A stretch of 64,000 nt of DNA. Origin: the human T2T-CHM13v2.0 reference genome, Homo sapiens. The translations under genes were made by a program, and so were the position numbers. Location of the stretch: assembly GCF_009914755.1 (NCBI RefSeq), contig NC_060937.1. One strand, 5' to 3'. The first letter of the stretch is position 1. Each line of letters begins with the position of its first letter. A model generated the notes under the pieces. It saw only the letters and a list, made by a program, of their open reading frames with translations, had not been told where the DNA came from and made no database searches. This document shows positions 15,104 through 29,075 of this stretch, in pieces.

Positions 15104-16065
15104 CTGTGCCATTAATTCAGTAGTTAGGTAAATCTACATAGCTGGTTTCTAATAGTTCAGTCCTCAATTTATCGCCCTCAGTTTGCAACATCCCTTACTG
15201 TCTCCTTCTGTGTTTTCTTGCTGCATTGAGTTTAAGTTCTCAGGTAATTCTGCATTATTTAACGTATATTCTTATTTTTATTATTGTACTGTGCCGTTTG
15301 CATAGTTGATTTGATTATTTTTTAATCTTCTCCATCCTTACATGGCAATGCTTGGGACCACTATTTGCTCCGACATGAATGGGATCCATTTCTACGTGAT
15401 TCCCACCATCTGTGAGAAAAGATTAATTTTGTTCTCTGACCTACATTATGGGAGCAGGGTATTTTGTGTGGCCCATCCGGTTATCATAGCCCAAAGAATA
15501 TTGGATCCCAAAAGCAGGAGTTCTCTCTCATAACAATTCGTGAAGTTTCCTATACCAGGGTTCATAATACCTGTGCCTTTGCAGGGCAGTGGAGAGGAGA
15601 ACTCATTCTTTTGATCTTGAGATCTTCCTGTATCAGTGTTTTGTACTAAAGTCTTCACTTTTTCAGAAAACATCAGCTTAATTTTTCAATGTCTTGCATC
15701 ACCTATGTGTCCCAGCAGCCATTTCCACTGATCCCTTGTTGGAGGGAATCCATGAACGATCCCACTCTGAGGGCATGTGCATAGGCATTAGGAATGCTGT
15801 GTACTATTGGTATTTCAATACTATAATAGCGTCTCAGTACATCAGCCCTATCATTCACGTGCGTGTGGATGTATCTGAGTATCATGAACTCATCTATTAA
15901 AGAGGCTCCCAGGCAATTTCTGAGTCCCTGGCACCTCCAAATATTCCTCATGGGTGGGAATGAGAGGAGCGCTCTAGAGGCCCACACTATGCTTTTCCTG
16001 GGAGAGTTACACATGTTTCCATCTTGTCTATCATGATTGTCCACAGTGCTTTATTTGACCTATAG

Positions 16066-16133
16066 GAAAAAGCCACCTATTCCTGGTCCAGGCTGCTACA
16101 CAGCAGCAGTTTTTTGTTTGTTGCCATGTACAG
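16066..16133 (+). other. Candidate small exon (noncoding?)
   Basis: Acceptor 'gctttatttgacctatag|G' and consensus donor 'CAG|GTAAGT'. Sequence signals only. Confidence 0.3.
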
Positions 16134-16879
16134 GTAAGTGCTGCAGAAGAGGCTGCATTGTTGAATTCAGAACAAGAAAGCTCAGGGTAACTAACCTATG
16201 GTGACCACAGCTGACAGCTGTGGTATTCTTGGCAGGCGTCTCTCCCGTGCTTGTCTTTGTTTCTACCTTTGAAGAAGCAAAGCAGAGAACCCCAATTCGC
16301 CCTCTGTACCTTCAACACTCACTTCCTCACCACAGCTAGCTGCCTTAGGATAATCGGAATGAACTTCCCTTTGCCCTTGACCTAGATTTATGTCAGTCAC
16401 CAAAAGAAGCCAAGGCGCTCAGATCAACCCATCACCCTCACATCACCATGTGGCCTTACACAGTCTCTGCCTGCCACCACCCAGAGGGAATTGGCCAGAT
16501 AAGAAGGAAAGATGCACGATCCAGAAAGGAGCAGGGAGATATTCAATGGCTTCACCCTCGAGAAGATGCGTAGTCATTTCTTCCACAGTGACAAGTGAGA
16601 AGGAAGGCAGGCAGATGGCGCAGCAATGGGAGCTTGTGTATTGTGAGATCTGTTCTCGTAGCCTTTGGCTTTTTCTGTGATTTAAGTCATCAGCTGAGAA
16701 CGAAGGTGGGACACTGGAGATTATAGCAGGGACAGGAAAGTTTTGAGGATAAAAAAAGAATAAAATAGTCATATGTGAAATTAGAAGAATGAAAGGCTAT
16801 AGAATAAAGGATAATTGCCCAAGACCACTAAGGCCCCAGTCGTCTGCCTACAGTCCTGTAGTTTCTCATCTCCAAGTAA

Positions 16880-17378
16880 ATATCAAGGACCTTATTCTGG
16901 CTCATAAGGCCTTCCCTTTTGACTCTCCGTATTCTGACTTCATCTCCTGTTCCTTTAACTCTCATTTATCCCACTCCAGTGAAACTTAGCTCTGAAGGTT
17001 TTCTGAAATTTCAGAAATGCTCCCACCCCAGGGTTTTTGTACTTTCCTTCTTTCTGCCAGTGTCACCATCTTTCCAGATCTCCCATTAGCTCACTGCTTC
17101 ACCTCCTTGCAGTTGTTCTCAAATAAGCCTTCTCAATGGGGCCTCCCCAAGCCACTGGCTAGAAAGATGAAACCTTATCAACAACCTGGCCATCCCTGTG
17201 CCTCTCCCCTAATGTATTTTTGCCCAACGCTTTTATTAATTTTAAGTTAATTATATTTAACTTTGTTAGTTTATTATTTTTCTCTCCCAATGGCAATGAT
17301 TCTTGTTCATATCCATCAGTGGTGAAGACTGTGCCTGGCACATAGCAGCACAAATGAGCTTTGTGGAATAAATAAATA
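16880..17378 (+). mobile_element. L2 3' end
   Basis: 'ctcccaccccagggtttttgtact' and 'gtgcctggcacatagcagcacaaatgagctttgtggaataaataaat' match the L2 terminus. Confidence 0.75.
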
Positions 17379-17402
17379 GGGAGAATATTAAAGAGCTATG
17401 GA

Positions 17403-17713
17403 GGCCAGGCATGGTGGCTCACGCCTGTAATCCCAGCACCTTAGGAGGCTGAGGCAGGCAGATCACCTGAGATCAGGAGTTTGAGACCAGCCTGGCCTGG
17501 CCAACATAGTGAAACCCCGTGTCTACTAAAAATACAAAAATTAGCCGGGCCTGGTGGCATGCACCTGTAGTCCCAGCTCCTTCGGAGGGTGACGCAGGAG
17601 AATCGCTTGAACACCGGAGGTGGAGTTGCATTGAGTTGAGATTACATCACTGCAATCCAGCCTGGGTGACAAAGTGAGACTCTGTCTCAAAAAAAAAAAA
17701 AAAAAAAAAAAAA
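17403..17713 (+). mobile_element. AluS element
   Basis: Full dimeric Alu with poly(A), and a small internal duplication 'cctggcctggcc'. Confidence 0.97.
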
Positions 17714-20258
17714 GGAATGATTTTGTCGTATTTATTTTATTAATATAAATATTCTTATTTCTTATATTGATGAATGGAAAACATTTACTAAATGCCAAAT
17801 ATATGTAGGCACTGTTCTTATCTTGGTGTAGGTACTTAACTTGTAACTCAATTATATAAGTACATGAGGTCTTTGCAGCTGTTATACCTACAAATTAAAT
17901 TTTAAAAAATTAAATATAAAATTGAAAAACTGAAAATATGCAAGCTATGTAAAGAAGAATGTTAGTAGCCTCATCTACGTGGATGCTTGCCTCAGCATTC
18001 TATTTGATATTGAAGATATAGACCTAATGTGCCTATGATAAGTTAATTGGTCTAACTCTGAACAGTTAGGTTGGGGTATTTCTGTATTCACTATATTCAA
18101 AACCATCTTGAAATATACTGCTCTGGGAGCACCTAAGAAGCAAGTGTTATACATTTATGTATTTTTAAATGGTTACCTTTGTTTATGACTTATAATGTAT
18201 AACATACATTTTACAAATTATTACTATTCCTTTCTATCTGATTTTATTAAATACATTTATACATGAATTGATAAATACTATAAAAACTTTTTACTTATTC
18301 AGCCTTGTTATTGTCGGAAAACAATGGGCTTCCCTTTCCATATAGCTGAAGTCAGAAGATACATATCATGTGAAATAGAAGGTTGCTTTTTATGTGCATT
18401 GACAATGAAGTCATTACAATCTACAATTAAACTAGTTTTACTATCTAAATGACCAGTTGAAGTCCTCATTAATCAGACTTATTGAGTATTTGTGAAGTTT
18501 TCAATTTACACTACATGAAAAGTTTGTTATGTTGTATAAGAATGAAGTACAAAATGTATCAAATTACCTAAATAAAGGGAAGTCTCATCTGAAATATTTC
18601 AGAAAACAATGTGAAATTTTTTACAACTATCTTCAGATTGAAATTTGAATCAGAACGATCAATTCACAAACCACAATAGATTGGCCTATCAACCTTAATC
18701 TTAGCACCATACATTTCCTTTAAACAGGCAATTTACAAAATAGTGATAATTATTTAAGTAAACAACTTAGGCAACTTAAGTTTAAGTAAATAACTATCCC
18801 TATTTTATTGGAAGAATATTAAGGTACACAATTACTGAAAGCAGATATCAGGCATATAGGTTTTCTGGGTGACAATATAATGTAGCAGGGAGTCTGGCCA
18901 TTCAATCAAAATAAACAATTAAAACTTACCCTGTATGTCTAAATTTTAAACATTTTTCCAGAGGTATCCCTAATAAAAATGGAGTCTTTACATTTGACTG
19001 AAGTTATTCATTTATGGTGAATTCTCTATACTATTTTATTTTGAAGACCGTCTAAACAGCCCTTTCAAATATTTTGCCCTTATTTGAGCTTGTTTTCATT
19101 ATTGTTCAAGTCTACTAAGTGTTGCTTTCTACAGTCCTTAATGAAAAGTTCTATTAGTTGTCATCGGTTACCCTACTTCTGGTGTTCACAGAGTCGTCAA
19201 ATAGGTATGTTCTCCATGTGCGGTAAAACTAATAGAGTAAGTTTACTGTGACAAAGATAGGATGCTAAAGATCTATGTGTAGATTTAGATAAATCCATTC
19301 ATTAACTGTAACTTAAATGTATACATCTACACATATATATAATCTATTACTTAAATAATCCATGATTTTTGCAATATAAAGGAAACTGAATAAATCACAT
19401 GTAAAATAACTTTGACATTTTCACGTTGTAAGACATTTTTCTCCAAATATTATATATTCATATAAGTTAAATAGCACTTTTTGGATATTCTAATAGCAAA
19501 AATGGAGTAATCACCTTACATTTGAAGACACAGAGTATGTGGGTATAAATTGCCCCTAATAGCTCTGTGTATTTAAAATAGAATTGGCATAGAAGGTTTC
19601 TGATTTCTTTTGGAAACAATTTCAAAATTGCCCAATTTTCAGGGATTCTTGAATTTTTTTACACAATTCAGTTAAAGTTTTCTTATATAATTATGTTATA
19701 AAGCATAAAAATGTAATAATCCCTGGGAGGTTCTCATACAAGCTAAAATATTACCAGTAACCGCCTCTGCTCTAACTCTATTTCCACTCACCTTCCCACA
19801 AACCAAAGCTCTTATGCTGAATTTCGTACTTATTACTAACATGTTAATATATAACATGGCTTAATTACTAATATGTGTAAGGATAAGCAATATATTGTTT
19901 TCTTTTGCTTGCTTTGTATCACAAAAATATTATGCTGTACTTCCTCTTCTAGTGTCATATTAATTGATCAATAAATAGAAAATTAAAATGAAAAGAAAGC
20001 AATAAAAAAACCAAGCACTCAGAAGGCATTTCCATATACATCCTCAATGACTTTCTCTGAAATGTAATACTATTCCAATTCTACCTACAGAGATTATCAT
20101 CTTTACCTCTTTGTGATATTTATATAAATGAAATTATTAAGCATATACTCTCCTGTGCATGGTTTCCTTTATTCCATTTTAAATTTATAATATTCAAGTC
20201 GCTTCATACAGCAGCACATCATTCTTAATTATTGCTGTACAGCATATTCCATTGACCC

Positions 20259-20845
20259 TGTTACCAGTCTATCAATTTTCAGCTCCAAATGGACCCTTCT
20301 CTCTGCTTTGTAACACTTTGACTGCTGGGCTCTGTTGAAATTTTTCTTTTACTAACTGATCTATTAGGCTTTGTCAATAGAGGGCACTAGAGAGGCTTCT
20401 AATACCATTGCAGGAGGAAAGAGCTTTCTTTCCTGCCTCCAGGGTACTGTTCGTGCAAAAAAAAAAAAAACCAGGAGATGTGGCATAAGTAATTCAGTAG
20501 TTCTCATCTAAGCAGCCCTTGTGGATCAACCCTGGCCAGCATTCTGTACCAGCTTTTTAACCACCAGCTGAGTGCGTGTTTCTGTGACAGCCACACACAC
20601 CTTCTCCAAAGGATTTGAATCTAAGCCTTGGGGAGGTAGGGAACTAGGCATTTCTGGTGTTTTAAGTTCTTCCTTTGTTCACGCTCCTTAAAATAGGTGG
20701 TAGCTACTTTCTGCAGTTGCAAATTTTCTACCTGTTAGAGTTCTATTTTGACCCTCTTATGACTTAACCACATTAGTACTTGTGAACATTATTTCTATTA
20801 AATTTTTCCTGTTCAAATTACTTGTGTGGGACTTGCACTTCCTGC
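20259..20845 (+). mobile_element. LTR33-like ERVL LTR
   Basis: Starts 'tgttaccagt'; its 3' part 'attaaatttttcctgttcaaattacttgtgtgg' resembles the LTR33 end. Confidence 0.55.
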
Positions 20846-21940
20846 CAAGATGGAATAAACAGGATAAGATTCATGCCCCCACCAATAACAACAAAAACAA
20901 AAATCAGACAAAAATATACAGAAGACTAGTTTCAAAATACTCAAAATTCAGCAATGAAAGGCCTAATTATAATATATTTCCTGAGAGACAGAAAATAAAA
21001 AAAAAATGAGGAGGATTCTATTCACTTCCCCACCTTTTTTCCTCAAGAGAATTTCAAGGTGGTGACTTACGGAGGGGAAACTCAGGAACAGCCCAGAAGA
21101 TTCCCTAAAATGAAGAGACTGGAACTGAGAGTCATGGGGCCCCAAAGTAGGTAGAGTTCTCAGGACACAGTGGAAGAGAGAGAGAGAAATCTGGGGATAT
21201 GCAGAAATACTTTGAATGTTCATGAAAGTGCTGATTAGCACATTCATGTGAGCAAAGTATGTAGGTCTGAGAAAGAACCACACAAAAAGCTGAAATCAAA
21301 TATTGCCCAGTATGCACACAAGGGCAGGCGTAGAGCCTCTTCCAGAAACTCCGCTGTAAAACCTCAATCCAAAGCATGTTGAGTATAGTACCCGAGAATT
21401 TCTTCCCACTTTAAAGTGCAGAATTAACCCTTGATGTAACTCTACTTCAGAACCATGTAACAAACCATAAAAGCAAGACCCAAATAAGTCACACTGTCTC
21501 CACTAACAGCATGGCAGAACAAAGTGCAAGAAGTTCAGCAGGATCTCTTCAGATGCCAGTAAACACAAACATTCAGTACTCAACACAATGAAGTCAAGTG
21601 TCAGGCATCCAATCAAAGATGATCACACATGCAACAAAGCAAGAAAATAAAATGAATGGGGGATTCAATCAATTGAATTCACTCAAAACTGACACTGATG
21701 TTAGAAACGGCAAACAAAGACATTAGGGCGGTTCTTAAAATTGCATTTTGTATATTCACAATGTTAGGCAGACACTTGGAAGACACAAGAGAGGCAAAAG
21801 TCAAACTTCTAGAGGTGAAAGCTATAATGTCTGAAAAGTAAAATTGACTGGTTGTAACTAACAGCAGATTGGATATTACAGAAGAGAATATTAGTAAATT
21901 TAAAGACATAACAAAAATTACTATAAAAAAATAAGCAACA

Positions 21941-22233
<293 letters not shown>

Positions 22234-22756
22234 GCCCAGAAGAAAATGATCGTAAAAAGGAGTGTCAATGAACTGTGGGTGAACTTCAAGCAATCTATTG
22301 ATATCATATGCACAATTGGATTTTCACAAGGCAGGGGGGAAGCCAGGCCCAACAAATATTTGAAGAAATGATGGTTAAAAAGGTTTCAAACTTGGTGCAA
22401 ACTACAAACCCAGAGATGCAAGAGTCTTGAGAATCCCCAAGCACAAGAAGCAGAAGAAAACTGTATATCACAATCAAATTACTGAAAACAAGTTGTACAG
22501 AATCTTAAAAAGCAGAAGAGAAAAGACATGCTATATACAGAGAAACAAAGATAGGGATTAGAGTAGATCATAAACAATGCGAGTGGGCAAATAGTGGAAC
22601 AACATTTTTAATGTTTTAAATGAAACCTAAAACCCAGAAGCCCATGAACAGCAGAAATAGATTTCAAACATGAAGGTGAAATAAAGACATTTTCAGACAT
22701 ATAAACCTGAAAAATTAGTGTCATCACACCTGCTCTATAAGAAATGTTGTCTTTGT

Positions 22757-23088
22757 TTTTTATTTCTTTTTTCTGTTTTTGTTTTGTTTTGTTTTGTTTT
22801 GTTTGAGACAGGTTCTCACTCTGTTGCCCAGGCTGGAGTCCAGTGGCACAATCATGGCTCACTGCAGCCTTGACGCCCCCTAGACTCAGGTGTTCCTCCC
22901 ACCTTAGTCTCCCGAGTAGCTAGGACCACAGGTGTGCACCACCACACCTGGCAAATATTTTCATTTTTTGTAGAGACATAATTTCGCCATGTTGCTCGGG
23001 CTGGTCTCAAACTCCTGGGCTCAAGCAATCTGCCCTCCCCTATCTCCCAAAGTGCTGGAATTACAGGTGTGAGCCACCGCACCAGGCC
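22757..23088 (-). mobile_element. AluJ element
   Basis: 'atcatggctcactgcagccttga' and 'ctcctgggctcaagcaat' are AluJ-type; (TTTTG)n tail; degenerate TSD aagaaa..tgtcttt. Confidence 0.93.
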
Positions 23089-24191
23089 AAGAAAAATGTC
23101 TTTAAATATGTGAAGGAAGTCCTTCACACAGAATGGAAATAATTCTAGATGGTAATGTAGATTTACACAAAGTAATAGAGAACATCAGAAACAGTAATTA
23201 CATGGTTCAATATGTATGAGCTTTTCTGTTATTACTTAAATATCCTTCTGGAAGTCTGAATATTGGTGGTTTACCTTGGTCCTCTCAAGGTTTGTCTTTT
23301 AGGGTTGTCTGTTACCACAAATTAATCTAGCATATCCTCAATGATACCAACTTATTTTGTTTCCTGTATCTAATGATTCCAAACGTGTTTTTCAGTCATA
23401 TGATTATACAATTATTTTGAAATTATCTTTTTAGCTTTTCTCATGCTGGATGGTTTTTTCAAGTATGTAGTGACCTTTTATTACACGTTTACATTCATTG
23501 AAACTTTACGAATGGGATTTTAGAATGTCTTAGGGCTGATCTACTTAGGTTTTACTCTTACTTTTAGGACATAGTTTATTCCTGCCTGTAGCTTTTCTCT
23601 CTAGGTCCCAGCCCTTCTGGGGCTTCAGTAGAAAACCTGGAGTATTGACCCAAGATCTTTTCACCTTGGCTGGTTGTAACCTGCAGGAGTGAATGCTGAA
23701 ATGGCCTTCAGATGCTTATTCTCTTGACTGCTGTAGTCTCCTAGGTGTCCTGGTGACTTCGTCTGCACCTTTACAGCTTAAGGGTAAGCTAGCAATTTGG
23801 AGAAAATCCACATACAGATTTTTTGGCTACTTCTCCTGTATTTCCTATTCTTTGGGTTCAAGACATTTTGTCAGACCTGAACTTCTATTTTAGCCTCATG
23901 GCCCAGTAAGACAGCACCTTTCACTTAGATTTTCCTCTCGCATGCCTCGATTTGGAAAATCCCTTATGAAAAAAGTAGCTAAATGTGCCAGTCAAGGAAC
24001 TTAAGCCTTTGTTCATTGCTCCGTGATGGAGCCAGAGACAAAAGCCTTCTTTCAGTAACTTAGAGTCGATGCTTTAAAATACAGCAATGTACTTCTCCTA
24101 AACCAGCCTCTGCAAACAGAAACCTTGCACTGGGCTCCACAGACCATAGCTCCAATGCTCCACCCTATCATTCCTTTCTCTGTCCCACTGA

Positions 24192-24516
<325 letters not shown>

Positions 24517-25559
24517 AGGACTTTTATATTTTAAATTTGCTTTTTTCTGTACAGTGAATGGAGCATCACGAAGCTCAATGTGTATCATGTTGAGTAAAAC
24601 GGAGATGAGGAGAATTAGGCGGATCTACTCAATATCTCTTGGTACCTTTCTGTATAAGAACACATCCCCAGGCAACTACTTGAGTACATTTTCCAAATGT
24701 TCTGGTAGCTATGAGTGGTATAAGTAGTCTGAACAATAGGGATAAACCAAGAGAATGTACACTTCTCACTATTTGCTACTGTGTAGTCAGATTACTCAAA
24801 GCTTCATGTGCCATGTCCAATCATGAGATGATCTTGGGAGTGGAAATTATGCATTAAAAAACTGACATGGTTGGAGAAGCCGAGGTCTCTGCCACTCCAC
24901 ACTGCATCCATACCTCTGGTATGGCAACTTCAGAACTAGGTTCATTTGATAAAGGAAACTTCTGTCTTGTTCAAAATAGTGGGTATTTTTTTAATTATTA
25001 TTATTTTTATGCTACTCATAGCCACATCAAAATCTAAATTTTACATTCTTTAATTCAGATGCTATATGATGATTTCTTTGTAATCCTACATTATTCAACT
25101 GTTATATTTACGAGGACCTAGATACAGAGCAACTGGGAAAAAAAAAGTTTATAATCATGACTTTATTTTTGATTCTTTCTCTGAAAGCAATGGGTATTCA
25201 TACCAGGGATCCCAGAAGCCTATGTAGTAGAGATTTTTAATAATGTCAGTGTTTTAATGAGAGAAAAGGCAATGTTAAAATGAGTGAGGCAATGTTAAAA
25301 GTCTAGGTGACATGCTTATGTTAGAAGACATGTTAAAAAATGAGCACATAAAGTTGCAAGTCAGATAATGATTATTTTAGGCACCTTTGTAAGCCTGTAA
25401 AAATGTAGTGTGATTGATATTTAGCTCATTTAAAAAATCAAGTAAATATATGCTCCTTTTGTTTCAATGTACTGTTTCGGTACATATTTTTTCTTATATT
25501 GAAGCCATTTAATTACATCCCTTCTAAAACACTTTAAGTGATTATATTTGAAATAATTT

Positions 25560-25630
25560 GCCTGATCTCCAAATGGCTGATTGGATCTCCAATGGCCTGG
25601 ATCTCCAAATGGCCTGATCTCCAAATGGCT
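25560..25630. repeat. Short tandem repeat, 4 copies of ~17-bp GATCTCCAAATGGC(C)T
   Basis: Directly visible. Confidence 0.9.
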
Positions 25631-26619
25631 TGGTGAATTGGCAATGCAACAGATTATTTGGTCACACTGCAAATTGATTAGATTTGAGGACACTCCATTT
25701 ACATAGTTAAAACGACTTTCCCCTATTTCAGTTGAAAAAAAAAAAAACAGGTTTTACTATGAAGGACATCAGGTAAATGCAATTAAATTCTCACTAAGCA
25801 TTTGCTTTTAGGTGAAATCGCCCTGGTTTCTACAATCACTTGTATATGTATTTTTAGTTTGGTTTATAAAAAAGTTATGTAAATTTCCTATTTTTTTAAA
25901 TCTTATTGAGATACATACTTTTCAGTTGACTCATGTTGCAGCACAGTTAGCATCTGCTCAAATTACTAGGAGGACATTAAATAAAAAGTGAGCATGTGTG
26001 CATCTTTAAGACATTAGAAATGACCAGCTGTTTTATATTCTCAGAGCCCTTTCAATAACAAAAAGCTCCCAAGTAGCTTCCAGTTAAGGGGTTTTGGAGA
26101 AATAGGTGGGGTGGCGGGGGACTGGCAGGCTGGGCTTGCAAACAAGAAGCTATAATAGTATCACTCAGCAGTCCCACATTTCCTGTGTCAAGCTGATGAC
26201 TGTGGCCCTAGCAGGTGGGCATGCCAAAGGCCAAAATCCATGTCTAGGAAGGCAGAAACAATCTACAGACCCCGTTCAAATATCCCTTTACAATATAAAA
26301 GAAATTACATGTTCACTCTAATGCAATATAGAAAACTGTGGTTCCTCTTGTCCATTCAGGCTATATTATGAATCATCTTGAATACACATAGAAAAAATCC
26401 TGTTGTGTAGCAAAAGAAAGCTTTTACACTTTTCTTCTCCAACAGCTGGTAATGAGAATACTTAATTAAACTCTTGTAATATGATACCCCTGCCAACATC
26501 ACTTGCTAAAGCACACTCTAAAAACGTCATTTATTCGTTCAATCCCAAAGTGCACAAGACCAATGCTGCGCAGTTCTTGTTCTCAACACAAATTTTCGAC
26601 AAATATTGACTCATGTGAT

Positions 26620-27052
26620 AGACCCAATCAGGGTATTTCTCGATGCAAGTGAGTCCTCTGAAGATGGCTCAGTTACAAATGAGTATGAAGGTGCCAGTGT
26701 CCATGTCTCTGCCCTAAGGCACTGTCAAATGGACTTCGCTGTTTCACCCAGGGGCACACACTTGCTCCCAGCTATGACAATCAAGTTCTCATCCCCAGAT
26801 TTAAGAGATGTGGAATGGAGAGAGAGAAAGCCTGGTGTCTCTTATGAGGAGTCTCAGAAACGGCAGAATTTCCAAGGCAAAATCCACACATTCCTACTGC
26901 TGATTTTCTAGTGTTTTTTTGGTTTCTTCAGTAGCTTTCTGCTTCACTGAGTTCTTATTTTCATTCCATGAGCTACTGCTGTGCCACTCCCGCCAAAATA
27001 TTAGTAAGAGTTATTTTTCTGTTTTTTGCAATCAAGAAAGCATTACTAATAT
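26620..27052 (+). mobile_element. Possible old ERVL/MaLR LTR (LTR16-like)
   Basis: 'gacccaatcagg' near the start and an LTR-like end 'ttttttgcaatcaagaaagcattactaatat'. Confidence 0.35.
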
Positions 27053-27498
27053 GTAAATTAGTATATACTATACCTCTTGCCATTATTGTGAGCCACTATC
27101 CCTATCTCTAATGCTTAGGTTCTTATGAATCTCCACATTTTTAAAAAATAATCTATACCACCTCGGGCGACAACACATATTACCTAGATAAATCTTTAAA
27201 TTGTTTAAAATCAACCTCCTTTAAACTTCAAGATAATATCTTCTTCAAATAAGAAGAATGGAAGGGAATGCAGAATTGATAGGATATAGATTATAAGAGG
27301 TTGGCAAAAAAAGGAGATGTGCATCAAATGTAATCATATAAGGCATTTAAGCACAGAAATATTAAAATGGAATCAAAATACTTGAAGATGAAATTATACA
27401 TAATCAGATTTATATTTCTCAGTGGCAAACAGTCATCAGGGGAGCAGTGGTCAATGTGAAACAGGGTAGGAATATGTTGCGGTAACCCAGACGAGATA

Positions 27499-28250
27499 GT
27501 GGGTGGCTGGAATGGCTGGGTGGGTGGAATGGCTGGGTGGCTGGAATGGCTGAGTGGGTGGCTGAAATGGCTGGGTGGCTGAAATGGCTGGGTGGGTGGA
27601 ATGGCTGGGTGGCTGGAATGGCTGGGTTGCTGGAATGGCTGGGTTGGTGGCTGGAATGGCTGAGTGGGTGGCTGAAATGGCTGACTGGCTGGAATGGCTG
27701 GGTGGTGGAAATGGCTGTGTGGGGGAAATGGCTGACTGGGTGAAATGGCTGACTGGGTGGAATGGCTGGGTGGCTGGAATAGCTGGGTGGCTGGAATGGC
27801 TGGGTGGCGGAAATGGCTGGGTGGGTAGCTGAAATGGCTGACTGGGTGGAATGGCTGACTGGGTGGAATGGCTGGGTGGCTGGAATGGCTGGGTGGCTGG
27901 AATGGCTGGCTGGGTGGCTGGAATGGCTGACTGGGTGGAATGGCTGGGTGGCTGGAATGGCTGTGTGGGTGGAATGGCTGGGTGGAGGAAATGGCTGGGT
28001 GGCTGGAATGGCTGGGTGGGTGGCTGAAATGGCTGACTGGGTGGAAATGGCGGGGTGGCTGGAATGGCTGAGTGGTGGAAATGGCTGGGTGGCTGGAATG
28101 GCTGGGTGGCGGAAATGGCTGGGTGGAGGAAATGGCTGGGTGGCTGGAATGGCGGGGTGGGTGGAATGGCTGGGTGGAGGAAATGGCTGGGTGGAGGAAA
28201 TGGCTGGGTGGCTGGAATGGCTGGGTGGCGGAAATGACTGGGTGGCTGGT
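27499..28250. repeat. G-rich minisatellite (VNTR), ~17-bp unit GGGTGGCTGGAATGGCT with 18- and 21-bp variants, about 40 units
   Basis: Directly visible; 24 GGAATG hexamers counted by eye. Confidence 0.97.
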
Positions 28251-28337
28251 AGTGTGAACTGTGAGGGGTGGTCGGATTTGAGAGGGATGTTCAGGTCAAC
28301 ATTAAAGGACCCCTCAGTGGGAGCTAAATAGTGAGTA

Positions 28338-28947
28338 TGTTAACAAAGACCCAAGAGAGGGTTCTGGGACCTCATGCAAGAAAAAATTCGGGGCCAGTCC
28401 ATAGAGTAAAGTGAAAGTAAGTTTATTAAGAAAGCAACAAAATCAAAGAATGGCTACTCTAGAAGCAGAGCAGTGTCCTGGGCCGCTTGACTGAGTATAC
28501 TTACAGTTGTTTCTTAATTATGTGGCAAACAAGAGGTAGATTATTCATGAATTTTATGGAAAAGAGGTGGGCAATTCTTCAAACTAAGGGTTTCTCCCCT
28601 TTTTAGACCATATAGGGTAACTTCTTGACATTGCCATGACATTTGTAAACTGCCATGGCACTGGTGGGAGTGTCTTTTAGTATGCTAATACATTATAATG
28701 AGCAGTGAGGACAAGCAGAGGTCACTTTCATCGCCATCTTGGTTTTAATGGGTTTGAGCCGGCTTCTTTACTGCATCCTATTTTATCAGCAAGGTCTTTG
28801 TGACCCGTATCTTGTGCTGACTTCCTATTTCATCTCATGACTAAGAATCCCTAACTTGCTAGGAATGTAGCAGCCCAGTAGGTCTCAGCCTTACTTTACC
28901 CAGCCTCTATTCAAGATGGAGTTGCTCTGGTTCAGAAACCTCTGACA
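28338..28947 (-). mobile_element. MER41B-type ERV1 solo LTR
   Basis: The reverse complement begins TGTCAGAGGTTTCTGAACCAGAGCAACTCCATCTTGAATAG, the MER41 start. TG...CA termini; exact 4-bp TSD AGTA at 28334-28337 and 28948-28951. Confidence 0.92.
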
Positions 28948-29016
28948 AGTACACATTGATATACAGATGGGAGAAATGAATGTTGGGGACTACTAGAAGA
29001 TGGGGGGAGTTGAGGG

Positions 29017-29075
29017 TACTACCTACCAGTACTATCCACCAGTACTACCTACCAGTACTACCTACCAGGTACTAT
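29017..29075. repeat. Tandem 13-bp (TACTACCTACCAG)x4 inside the L1 3'UTR
   Basis: Directly visible; an amplification of the L1 'actacctatcgggtactatgct' segment. Confidence 0.85.

Noticed and set aside
15342-16044. Cluster of 60-113 aa ORFs on both strands (considered as coding exons or an endogenous viral element)
   Set aside because: No recognisable protein motif. The region adjoins HAL1-like sequence and the lengths are compatible with chance. A tblastx or HMM search would settle it.
27537-28331. Overlapping Trp/Gly-rich ORFs up to 175 aa
   Set aside because: They are translations of the stop-poor minisatellite in several frames, with no coding evidence.
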